24,000 nt of DNA from Clostridia bacterium. Lineage in GTDB: Bacteria > Bacillota > Clostridia > Oscillospirales > UBA644. How positions within the stretch are numbered: the first letter of the stretch is position 1; each line of letters begins with the position of its first letter. The stretch is taken from NCBI GenBank assembly GCA_017623895.1, contig JAGAOB010000022.1, positions 1 to 24,000 on the forward strand, written 5' to 3'. Below the pieces are notes generated by a model. That model did no database searches. It saw nothing but the letters and a program-made list of their open reading frames with translations, and was not told where the DNA came from. The translations under genes and the position numbers were made by a program. This document shows, in pieces, positions 16,830-23,660 of this stretch.

Positions 16830-17063
16830 TCAGCCCTCAAATTCCACGGAAATCACCGTTCCGCGTATCACCACAGTGCTTTCGGAAAGGTTGCAAAGGT
16901 CTAAGCACCTGCCGTTAATACGAACAAGTCGCTTTCCTGCCCGAAGCTTCACCGTTTCCGGCTCATACTCCAGAATGCCGTCGCAGGCTCCCACAAGGAT
17001 ACGGGAATTCCCCGCCAATTCAATGGGCGGCAGCTCCGACCGTCCGCAGAGACTCTCTTTCAT
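16830..17063 (-). CDS. yqfC: Sporulation protein YqfC
   Basis: 77 aa. The pattern IELAGNSRILVGACDGILEYEPETVKLRAGKRLVRINGRCLDLCNLSESTVVIRGTVISVEF matches the YqfC family. It sits directly upstream of yqfD. Confidence 0.85.
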   Translation of the reverse strand: MKESLCGRSELPPIELAGNSRILVGACDGILEYEPETVKLRAGKRLVRINGRCLDLCNLSESTVVIRGTVISVEFEG

Positions 17064-17072
17064 ACGCTATCA

Positions 17073-17104
17073 CTCCTTCGGTGAAAGATATTCACGCGAA
17101 GGAG
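17073..17104 (-). promoter_or_regulatory. Leader hairpin that sequesters the yqfC Shine-Dalgarno sequence
   Basis: - strand RNA: CUCCUUCG-C-GUGAA UAUCU UUCAC-CGAAGGAG. That is 13 bp with one bulge. The 3' arm is the GAAGGAG SD, 9 nt before ATG 17063. Confidence 0.4.
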
Positions 17105-17153
17105 AAAATATGCGAAAATCGACGCTTTAATATTATAAATATATATTTTCTTC

Positions 17154-17182
17154 ATTATACCACAGAACAAAAATTTTGTCAA
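17154..17182 (-). promoter_or_regulatory. Consensus sigma-A promoter with extended -10 heading the yqfC...recO gene run
   Basis: The - strand reads TTGACA (17182-17177), a 17-nt spacer ending in TGg, then TATAAT (17159-17154). This gives a leader of about 85 nt. Confidence 0.6.
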
Positions 17183-17186
17183 TACA

Positions 17187-17210
17187 AAAACCCGTCTGGT
17201 GACGGGTTTT
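17187..17210. terminator. Symmetric terminator-like hairpin in the divergent yqfC/spoVB intergenic region
   Basis: aaaacccgtc (17187-17196), loop tggt, gacgggtttt (17201-17210). A/T runs on both sides, so it would work in either orientation. Confidence 0.4.
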
Positions 17211-17232
17211 CCAAGCGGTCAATGGATTGATG

Positions 17233-17262
17233 GCATATTCAAACAAGGGAAAAGCATACCAT
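17233..17262 (+). promoter_or_regulatory. Possible sigma-E type promoter for spoVB
   Basis: GCATATT (17233-17239), 15 nt, then CATACCAT (17255-17262). Compare the B. subtilis sigma-E consensus as I recall it, roughly ATATT-N14/15-CATACAnT. spoVB is sigma-E dependent in B. subtilis. The leader would be very short, which is a weakness. Confidence 0.35.
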
Positions 17263-17278
17263 TCTTTCGGTGGTAGGT

Positions 17279-18829
17279 ATGGTGAAAAAAGAGTTTGTCA
17301 AAAACGCAATCGCCGTCTGCGCGGTGTCTCTTGTAATGAGCACGGTGGGCATTCTGTTCCGCGCATACGCGTCCAATCGGGCGGGCTCGGAGGTGATGGG
17401 CCTTTTACAGCTGGTGTTATCGGTCTATTATCCCGCCTGCACCTTGGCGTCCTCCGGGGTCTACGTTGCATCCACAAGGCTCTGCTCCGAGACCTTGGCT
17501 CGAAAAGACCGAAGTATTGAGTCCGTCTTGAACCGTTGTCTGATGTACGGGGCATTTTTCGGAATTGGCGCGTTCCTTCTTTTGTTTTTTTCGGCAGAGC
17601 TGATTGCCACCCGTTGGCTTTCCTTTCCCGAAGCGGAAATCCCGTTAAAGATCTTGTCCTTTGGACTTCCCTTTTTATCGGCGGCAAACGCTCTGCAGGG
17701 ATTCTTTTTATCCTTGCGCAGCGCAGGATATTCCACCGTTCTTCAGGTAACGGAGGATCTGTCCAAAATTGGGGCGACCATCCTGCTGTTTGCATTATAT
17801 CTGGATGAGGGACCCCAAGCGGCCCTTTGCGCTATGGTTGCGGGAATGGCTATCGGAGAAACGCTGTCCTGCCTATTCGGGTACCTTCTCTATCTTCGAA
17901 AGAAAAATATGGGAATCCATTCCGCGAAAAGTGCAAATCGCGGATTGTTTGCAGAAATCGTAAAAATCGCGCTTCCCTGCGCGTTTAGCGGATATTTGCG
18001 ATCGGGAATCGGAATGGTTGAGAGCATTCTCGTTCCTCGCGGGCTTGAAGCCTCGGGATTGACGCCGGAGCAAACCTTAGCCGCGATGGGAAAGTTCGAG
18101 GGGATGGCGCTGCCCATTCTGATCTTCCCTGCAAGCTTTCTTGCCGTCGTTTCAAAATTGTTGGTTCCCGAAATCACTGCAGAAAACGCTTTGGGCCATT
18201 CAGAAAGCAACATAAAGACAACGCAATCCATCTTAAAATACACGTTATCCTACGGGGTATTCATCGGAACATTCGCATTGCTTTTTGGTCGCGAATTGGG
18301 AATGTCAATCTACCACGATTCCACCTGCGGAACCTATTTGATCTATCTTGCACCCCTCGTTCCGATCTTGTACGCAGACCGCGTCATCGACGGCGTAATG
18401 AAGGGATATAACCGTCAACTGACCACAATGAAGATCAACCTGGCAGACGCACTGTTCCAAACGGCGGGTGCGTGGCTTTTCATCCCGAAAACAGGGATTA
18501 TCGGATACGTTTCGTTGTTCTGCGTAGGATCGTTTTTCAATTTTGCACTTTCTTTTTTATCATTGCGAAAGACCTGCGGCATCCGATTTCCCCTTCGGGA
18601 GGGTGTGCTCCGCCCGATCCTTGCCTCCCTGGGCGCAATCCTGCCACTGAAGCTCCTGCATACGCTCTTTCCCCTTTCGGTCTGGGTATGGGCAGGCGCC
18701 TCTGTTCCGCTATATCTTATATTTCACAGACTGTGTTCGGATTCAACAAAAAAGACGAGGTTGATCACGAGAAATTTCGAGAGATCGAATCCAAATACTC
18801 CAAAGCAAAAGATTCTGTCTCGGAGATGA
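17279..18829 (+). CDS. spoVB: Stage V sporulation protein B-like MOP/MurJ-family flippase
   Basis: Polytopic membrane protein of about 516 aa. The N-terminus, MVKKEFVKNAIAVCAVSLVMSTVGILFRAYASNRAGSEVMGLLQLV, aligns with the SpoVB/polysaccharide-biosynthesis family. I chose ATG 17279 over the track's GTG 17270. The SpoVB versus generic MurJ-like assignment rests on the sporulation context. Confidence 0.75.
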   Translation: MVKKEFVKNAIAVCAVSLVMSTVGILFRAYASNRAGSEVMGLLQLVLSVYYPACTLASSGVYVASTRLCSETLARKDRSIESVLNRCLMYGAFFGIGAFLLLFFSAELIATRWLSFPEAEIPLKILSFGLPFLSAANALQGFFLSLRSAGYSTVLQVTEDLSKIGATILLFALYLDEGPQAALCAMVAGMAIGETLSCLFGYLLYLRKKNMGIHSAKSANRGLFAEIVKIALPCAFSGYLRSGIGMVESILVPRGLEASGLTPEQTLAAMGKFEGMALPILIFPASFLAVVSKLLVPEITAENALGHSESNIKTTQSILKYTLSYGVFIGTFALLFGRELGMSIYHDSTCGTYLIYLAPLVPILYADRVIDGVMKGYNRQLTTMKINLADALFQTAGAWLFIPKTGIIGYVSLFCVGSFFNFALSFLSLRKTCGIRFPLREGVLRPILASLGAILPLKLLHTLFPLSVWVWAGASVPLYLIFHRLCSDSTKKTRLITRNFERSNPNTPKQKILSRR

Positions 18830-19811
18830 TTCTCCCTGCGGGATCTTCCACGACGGCTTCTGCTATAAGCAGGTTCAAGGCAGGGAATTTCAGGGTAACC
18901 GCCACGTTCCCATTCGTCCGTTGCTCCACCGTAAGCTGTCCCTCCGCCATCTCTACGCGGCGACGAACCGAGAACATTCCGATATCGATTCCGTCCGCAT
19001 CCTCCTCGACGGGTGTGTCGATGGGGATATCCAACGGACCCGAAACGAAGGTAATGGTAACCCACTGAGAATCACAAGCGGTGGATACGGAAACTGAGGG
19101 GTCTTTCTGTCGGAAATACAAATTGGTCAGAATGTCCGTATACATCAGAATCTGAGACTCCCGAGGAACGTGGAGGTAACAGGGCTTGGAGGGCTTGTAC
19201 TTCATAATCTTAAAATGTTGACTGCAATCAAGCAAAGCCGATACGGCATCGGAAACCACACCCGATTCTGTCTTCTCGGGAACGCAATCGGAGATGCGAG
19301 CGAAGAAGACGCTCATTCGCAACAGCCGGCGCCGAATTAAATAAAAGATCTGCAGGCTCTTTTCATAATCGCCCTCCCGCATCATCCGTTCCATCAACCG
19401 AAATTGACGATGTACAAAATTCATCGGGTCGGCAATATAATTCTTCATATAACGAAGTAGCTCTCCGTCGGAGAGTATGGGAAAAATATCTTTCGGATCG
19501 GACGTCTGCGAAACAAGGAAAACATAGGCGTACCGAAATTTGCCGTCTGCCCCGAGCTCGGGCTCAAACAAAAGTGATAAATGCAACATTTCGTCATATT
19601 TAAGTGTTTCGGGTTGTCCTTGTTGCAAGGACGTTAGTACCGCCCGCAGTTCGTCCTCTCCATACCTGGAACGCAAGGATTCGGAAGAAGCCAAAACGGG
19701 AAACGTGCGTCTTGCGTAAGGATTTGCGTAAACAACCTCCATCTCGGACGACACTACGAGAATCGGCGCTACAACACCGTCAAAGCGAGAATATTCCGTC
19801 AGCATAAACAA
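18765..19811 (-). CDS. Hypothetical protein (348 aa); possible degenerate PAS / histidine-kinase-like architecture
   Basis: Long ORF with GAGGGG 9 nt upstream of the ATG. No motif I can assign firmly. The N-terminus is PAS-like (ILVVSSEMEVVYANPYARRTF), the middle is helical (NFVHRQFRLMERMM...RRRLLRMSVFFARISD), and the C-terminus looks like a GHKL remnant (DILTNLYF...GIDIGMFSVRRRVEMAEGQLTVEQRTNGNVAVTLKF). Confidence 0.7.
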   Translation of the reverse strand: MFMLTEYSRFDGVVAPILVVSSEMEVVYANPYARRTFPVLASSESLRSRYGEDELRAVLTSLQQGQPETLKYDEMLHLSLLFEPELGADGKFRYAYVFLVSQTSDPKDIFPILSDGELLRYMKNYIADPMNFVHRQFRLMERMMREGDYEKSLQIFYLIRRRLLRMSVFFARISDCVPEKTESGVVSDAVSALLDCSQHFKIMKYKPSKPCYLHVPRESQILMYTDILTNLYFRQKDPSVSVSTACDSQWVTITFVSGPLDIPIDTPVEEDADGIDIGMFSVRRRVEMAEGQLTVEQRTNGNVAVTLKFPALNLLIAEAVVEDPAGRIISETESFALEYLDSISRNFS

Positions 19812-19842
19812 ATACCCCTCTGTTATCGAATTCAGGGGTATT
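19811..19842 (-). terminator. Hairpin after spoIIID that includes the RBS of the downstream 348-aa gene
   Basis: aatacccc (19811-19818) pairs with ggggtatt (19835-19842). On the - strand the stem is followed by UUGUUUAUG, where AUG is the 19811 start codon. Confidence 0.45.
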
Positions 19843-19865
19843 ATAGCACGCTTCCCGACCGATTG

Positions 19866-20135
19866 TCAAGGGGTCTTTCCTTGTATTTCTTGCAAAATGC
19901 GGTATTTTTCTCTCGTTGCAAAGCCTCCGCGAAGATGCCGCTCCGATTTGTTGCGCTCCAATACGTCCCTCACCTGCTCGTACATTCCCCTGTTATATTC
20001 CTTCAGTCTGCAGGTCACGTCTTTATGTACCGTGGACTTTGAAACGCCGAATCGTTTTGCGGCGTCACGCACCGTGGCTCCGTTTTCCGAAATATAAGAA
20101 GCAAGGGTCAGCACCCGTTGGCGAAGTTCATCCAT
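19866..20135 (-). CDS. spoIIID: Sporulation transcriptional regulator SpoIIID
   Basis: 89 aa from ATG 20135, with GGAGG upstream. The HTH FGVSKSTVHKDVTCRL and the C-terminal ERHLRGGFATREKY match B. subtilis SpoIIID (FGVSKSTVHKDLTERL...IRHLRGGEATKLKY). The track's 27-codon upstream extension is rejected. Confidence 0.9.
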   Translation of the reverse strand: MDELRQRVLTLASYISENGATVRDAAKRFGVSKSTVHKDVTCRLKEYNRGMYEQVRDVLERNKSERHLRGGFATREKYRILQEIQGKTP

Positions 20136-20167
20136 AACCGTGAGTCCTCCAATCGTATTTCTACTGA

Positions 20168-20197
20168 AATCTATGATTTCAAACGAGCTGATATTCC
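20168..20197 (-). promoter_or_regulatory. Possible sigma-E type promoter for spoIIID
   Basis: The - strand reads GGAATAT (20197-20191), 15 nt, then CATAGATT (20175-20168). This is the same ATAT-N14/15-CATA layout as the candidate upstream of spoVB. spoIIID is sigma-E dependent in B. subtilis. Confidence 0.3.
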
Positions 20198-20209
20198 GAA
20201 AAAATGTAC

Positions 20210-20238
20210 TTGACATTTTTGGCGGAATAATGTATAAT
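20210..20238 (+). promoter_or_regulatory. Exact consensus sigma-A promoter with extended -10 for the DacB-like gene
   Basis: TTGACA (20210-20215), a 17-nt spacer ending in TGt, then TATAAT (20233-20238). About 48 nt upstream of ATG 20286. Confidence 0.65.
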
Positions 20239-20285
20239 ATCCTTTAGAGATATAAACGGTCAAAAAGAAGAAACGGGTATACAAA

Positions 20286-21713
20286 ATGAAACGATTTTTT
20301 TCACTTCTGCTTTCGCTGGTCCTCGCAGGGACGCTGCTTTGCTTCCCTGCCTCGGCAGAGCAGCAAAACAACGACGCCACGGACTCTCCTCAGATTGAGC
20401 CTCAAATCACATCCGAGGCCGCAATCGTTATGGATGCAGATACGGGTGCCGTTCTGTACCAAAAGAATATGACGGAAAAGCTTTCCCCTGCAGACACGGC
20501 ACAAATTCTGACCGTGCTTTTGGGGATCGAATCCGGTATGGGAGAAGAAACGGTAACGGTAACGAAGGAAACGGTGGACAGCGTTGACCGAGAAGGAACC
20601 CATATCTCCCTTGCGGCGAACGAAACGGTCAAAATGAAGGATTTGTTTTACGCCACGATGCTTGCCTCGGCCTCTGACGCTGCAAAGACCATTGCAGCGG
20701 CCGTCAGCGGGACGGAAGGAGATTTCGCGGAGGCGATGAATCTTCGGATGAAGGAGCTGGGCGGAGTAAATTCTTCTTTTGCAAACGCCGACGGAGCCTA
20801 TGCAGAAAACAATTATACCACGGCGCAGGATTTGGCCCTTTTGACAAAGAGTGCATTGGAAAACGAGACCTTCCGATCTGTTTTTGGTCAGGTCTCCTAC
20901 ACGATGGAAGGGACCAATGAAAACGCTACGAGCCGTTCCTTTACCACGCTGTGCCTTCTGATGAAGAACAGCGATATGAACGTGAAATACGAAAACGCCG
21001 TAGGCGGAAAAACGGGATGGAACAGCAAATCGGGCTACAATCTCGTCTCCGCGGCGAAACAAGACGGAAGAACGCTGATCTGCGTGATCCTTGACGCAGA
21101 AACGTCAAAGCAACGATACGAGGAAACCGTTGCGTTGTTTGAGTACGCCTTTTCCGCGTTTCGGAACGTTCCCGTTCCCACGACACTTCTTGCACCCACC
21201 GAGATCCCCGTGATGAGAAACGGAATCATCGTCCGCAGGATCACCGTATCCATCCCAGAAGGAACGTTCCTATCTACGAGCGTCGATTTTCAAGAAGGGA
21301 CGATGACCGTATCCTCTCTTCCGAATCACGTAACCGAGGGAGAAACGAATCTTCGACTCACCGTTTCGGCAAAGGACGGACAAAACAATACTGTGGTATT
21401 GGGCACGGTCATTTTGGAAATTGAAACGGAAGACGTAAAATTAGAGGCCACCCCCGGAGGGGAAAAGCTCGTACCTCTTTCCTTTTGGGCAAAGCTTTGG
21501 AAGGTAATCGGAACGATCCTGCTGATCCTGCTCTGCATCGCAGGCGGAATCATTCTGATTGCCGCATTGCTCTTCCTCGTCTCTTATCTTCAAAGAAAAA
21601 AGCGTCGGGCACTCCGCCGCAGACGGATCGAGGAGCAGCAGCGCGAGGAGGAAGCAGAGCAGGCAAAGGCAAGCCTCTACAGCGGACGCCGTCATCGGAA
21701 GAATAAAGATTAA
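20286..21713 (+). CDS. Peptidase S11 (D-Ala-D-Ala carboxypeptidase, DacA/DacB/PBP5)-like protein lacking the SxxK catalytic tetrad; C-terminal membrane anchor
   Basis: Signal peptide MKRFFSLLLSLVLAGTLLCFPASA. Family-typical AAIVMDADTGAVLYQKN, GGKTGW (KTG motif) and a PBP5_C-like region. The SxxK position reads DTAQ and the SxN position reads SAS. TM helix VIGTILLILLCIAGGIILIAALLFLVSYL, then a highly charged tail. Confidence 0.85.
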   Translation: MKRFFSLLLSLVLAGTLLCFPASAEQQNNDATDSPQIEPQITSEAAIVMDADTGAVLYQKNMTEKLSPADTAQILTVLLGIESGMGEETVTVTKETVDSVDREGTHISLAANETVKMKDLFYATMLASASDAAKTIAAAVSGTEGDFAEAMNLRMKELGGVNSSFANADGAYAENNYTTAQDLALLTKSALENETFRSVFGQVSYTMEGTNENATSRSFTTLCLLMKNSDMNVKYENAVGGKTGWNSKSGYNLVSAAKQDGRTLICVILDAETSKQRYEETVALFEYAFSAFRNVPVPTTLLAPTEIPVMRNGIIVRRITVSIPEGTFLSTSVDFQEGTMTVSSLPNHVTEGETNLRLTVSAKDGQNNTVVLGTVILEIETEDVKLEATPGGEKLVPLSFWAKLWKVIGTILLILLCIAGGIILIAALLFLVSYLQRKKRRALRRRRIEEQQREEEAEQAKASLYSGRRHRKNKD

Positions 21714-21754
21714 ATTTGCGAACCACATTTTGATATACGAATAGGAGAATTACT

Positions 21755-22753
21755 ATGATTTTGGTTACCGGAGGCGCAGGTTACATCGGAAGTCACACCT
21801 GCGTAGAATTGCTTGAACGGAATTATGAAATTGTTATTATGGACAATTTCAGTAATTCCAAGCCCGATGCGTTGGATAAGATTCGCAAGATCACGGGTAA
21901 GGATTTCAAATTTTACGAAGCGGATATGTGCGATCGGGAAGCAATGGATCGCATCTTTGCTGAAAATCAGATTGACGCCGTACTTCACTTTGCGGGCGAT
22001 AAGGCCGTAGGGGAATCGGTACAAAAGCCCTTGATGTATTATTACAACAATTTGATGGGAACCATCGTTCTTTGCGAGGCGATGAAAAAATACGGCTGTA
22101 AAAAAATGCTGTTCTCCTCCTCTGCCACCGTTTACGGAAATCCCAAAACGGTTCCCATCAAGGAGGATTTCCCCCTCTCTACGACAAACCCCTACGGAAC
22201 AACGAAGCTGATGATTGAGCAGATCCTACAGGACGTTGTGACCGCAAATCCCGATTGGAGCGTGGTTCTGCTTCGTTACTTTAACCCCATCGGTGCCCAC
22301 AAAAGCGGTATGATCGGCGAAAATCCCAACGGGATCCCCAACAATTTGGTGCCTTACGTTGCCCGCGTTGCCTGCGGAAAATACGAAGCGGTTCACGTGT
22401 TCGGAAACGATTATCCCACCCCCGACGGAACGGGCGTTCGTGACTATATTCACGTCGTTGATTTGGCGATGGGCCACGTGAAGGCAATGGAAAAGGCGAT
22501 GACCTGTACGGGAGTCAACGTGTACAATCTGGGAACGGGCAAAGGATACAGCGTTCTTGACATCATTAAAGCATACGAAAAGGCTTGCGGGAAGAAGATC
22601 CCCTACGTCATCGATCCCCGACGCCCCGGAGATATTCCCACCTGCTACGCCGACCCTGCGAAATCCTTTGAGGAATTGGGTTGGAAAGCAACGATGGGAA
22701 TCGAAGAAATGTGTGAAGATTCCTGGAGATTTACCGAAAATAATCAAGATTGA
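21755..22753 (+). CDS. galE: UDP-glucose 4-epimerase
   Basis: MILVTGGAGYIGSH Rossmann motif and YGTTK (YxxxK). 332 aa. AGGAG RBS. Confidence 0.95.
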   Translation: MILVTGGAGYIGSHTCVELLERNYEIVIMDNFSNSKPDALDKIRKITGKDFKFYEADMCDREAMDRIFAENQIDAVLHFAGDKAVGESVQKPLMYYYNNLMGTIVLCEAMKKYGCKKMLFSSSATVYGNPKTVPIKEDFPLSTTNPYGTTKLMIEQILQDVVTANPDWSVVLLRYFNPIGAHKSGMIGENPNGIPNNLVPYVARVACGKYEAVHVFGNDYPTPDGTGVRDYIHVVDLAMGHVKAMEKAMTCTGVNVYNLGTGKGYSVLDIIKAYEKACGKKIPYVIDPRRPGDIPTCYADPAKSFEELGWKATMGIEEMCEDSWRFTENNQD

Positions 22754-22770
22754 TGCGGAAAGGATCCGCT

Positions 22771-23400
22771 ATGAACAAAAAATTCATCATCACCATCGCC
22801 CGTCAATTCGGATCGGGCGGCAGCGAAATCGGATACCGCCTGGCACAAGAGTTGGGCATCCAATACTATGATAAAGAATTGGTAACACAGGCCGCAAAGG
22901 AAAGCGGAATGTGTGAGCACGTTATGGCGCAGGAGGAGGAAAAGACGGCGGGAAGTTTCCTGTACTCGATGGTTCTTTCGCCTCACGCCGCCGCGGCACA
23001 ATTTCTAAACTGGACGGAGGATTCCCTGAACGACCGAATTTATAAGGCACAGGCGAGCTTCATCCGAAAAACTGCGGCAGAGACCTCCTGCGTATTCATC
23101 GGAAGATGTGCGGACTATCTTCTTTGGGACGAGCCAAACGTACTACGGATCTTCATTCAAGCAGAAATGGAAGACCGCAAGGCACGCATTGCCGCGCGAG
23201 GAGACCTTTCTCCGGAGCAAGCGGCGGACGTCATCAAGAAAAAGGACAAAATCCGCGGAAACTATTACAATTTCCACACGGGAAACCGTTGGAACAACCT
23301 TGAGAATTACGATCTGTGCGTCAACGTCTCCAAAATCGGAGGGGTTGACAACGCAGTACAACTGATCAAGGAAGCGATAGCCCTTCGCCTAAAGGACTGA
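22771..23400 (+). CDS. Cytidylate kinase-like family protein (P-loop NMP-kinase fold)
   Basis: MNKKFIITIARQFGSGGSEIGYRLAQELGIQYYDKELV is the characteristic N-terminus of the cytidylate-kinase-2-like family. ATG 22771 has AAAGGA 6 nt upstream and is preferred over track Met 22750, which overlaps the galE stop. Confidence 0.75.
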   Translation: MNKKFIITIARQFGSGGSEIGYRLAQELGIQYYDKELVTQAAKESGMCEHVMAQEEEKTAGSFLYSMVLSPHAAAAQFLNWTEDSLNDRIYKAQASFIRKTAAETSCVFIGRCADYLLWDEPNVLRIFIQAEMEDRKARIAARGDLSPEQAADVIKKKDKIRGNYYNFHTGNRWNNLENYDLCVNVSKIGGVDNAVQLIKEAIALRLKD

Positions 23401-23404
23401 AAAA

Positions 23405-23429
23405 AAGGGGCAATTTTCCATTGCCCCTT
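23405..23429 (+). terminator. Hairpin downstream of the kinase-like gene
   Basis: aaggggcaat (23405-23414), loop tttcc, attgcccctt (23420-23429). The T tract is poor (cgttat), and the tRNA follows 6 nt later. Confidence 0.45.
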
Positions 23430-23435
23430 CGTTAT

Positions 23436-23510
23436 GCCCTCATAGTTAAATGGATATAACAAGCCCCTCCTAAGGGCTAGTTATGGGTTCGATTCCCGTT
23501 GGGGGTGCCA
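23436..23510 (+). tRNA. tRNA-Arg, anticodon CCT (reads AGG), CCA encoded
   Basis: Manual cloverleaf. Acceptor GCCCTCA/TGGGGGT (G1-U72 and U5-G68 wobbles). D arm GTTA-AATGGATA-TAAC. Anticodon arm AGCCC-CTCCTAA-GGGCT. Variable loop AGTT. T arm ATGGG-TTCGATT-CCCGT. Discriminator G, then CCA. 75 nt. Confidence 0.85.
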
Positions 23511-23511
23511 G

Positions 23512-23544
23512 AAAGTGCCGTAAACACAACGTTTTCGGCACTTT
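23512..23544 (+). terminator. Rho-independent terminator after the tRNA
   Basis: aaagtgccg-t-aaac (23512-23525), loop acaac, gttt-t-cggcacttt (23531-23544), followed by tgcttttctttg. Confidence 0.65.
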
Positions 23545-23660
23545 TGCTTTTCTTTGATTGCTCATTTTCTTGAGTGAATTTTCTTGTTTTGGGAGAGTAA
23601 AACAAATTCAAACATTTAACTTATTCCGATTAGCTGGAAATTATCAGAAAATCTCCGTTT

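Noticed and set aside
20136-20216. 27-codon upstream extension of spoIIID (track ORF of 116 aa)
   Set aside because: SpoIIID proteins are about 90 aa. A GGAGG RBS precedes ATG 20135. The extension would run across the candidate spoIIID promoter and into the -35 of the divergent promoter.
22750-22770. Upstream Met at 22750 for the kinase-like gene, overlapping the galE stop
   Set aside because: ATG 22771 has a well-spaced AAAGGA RBS and gives the family-typical MNKKFIITI...GSGG N-terminus. The seven extra codons have no support.
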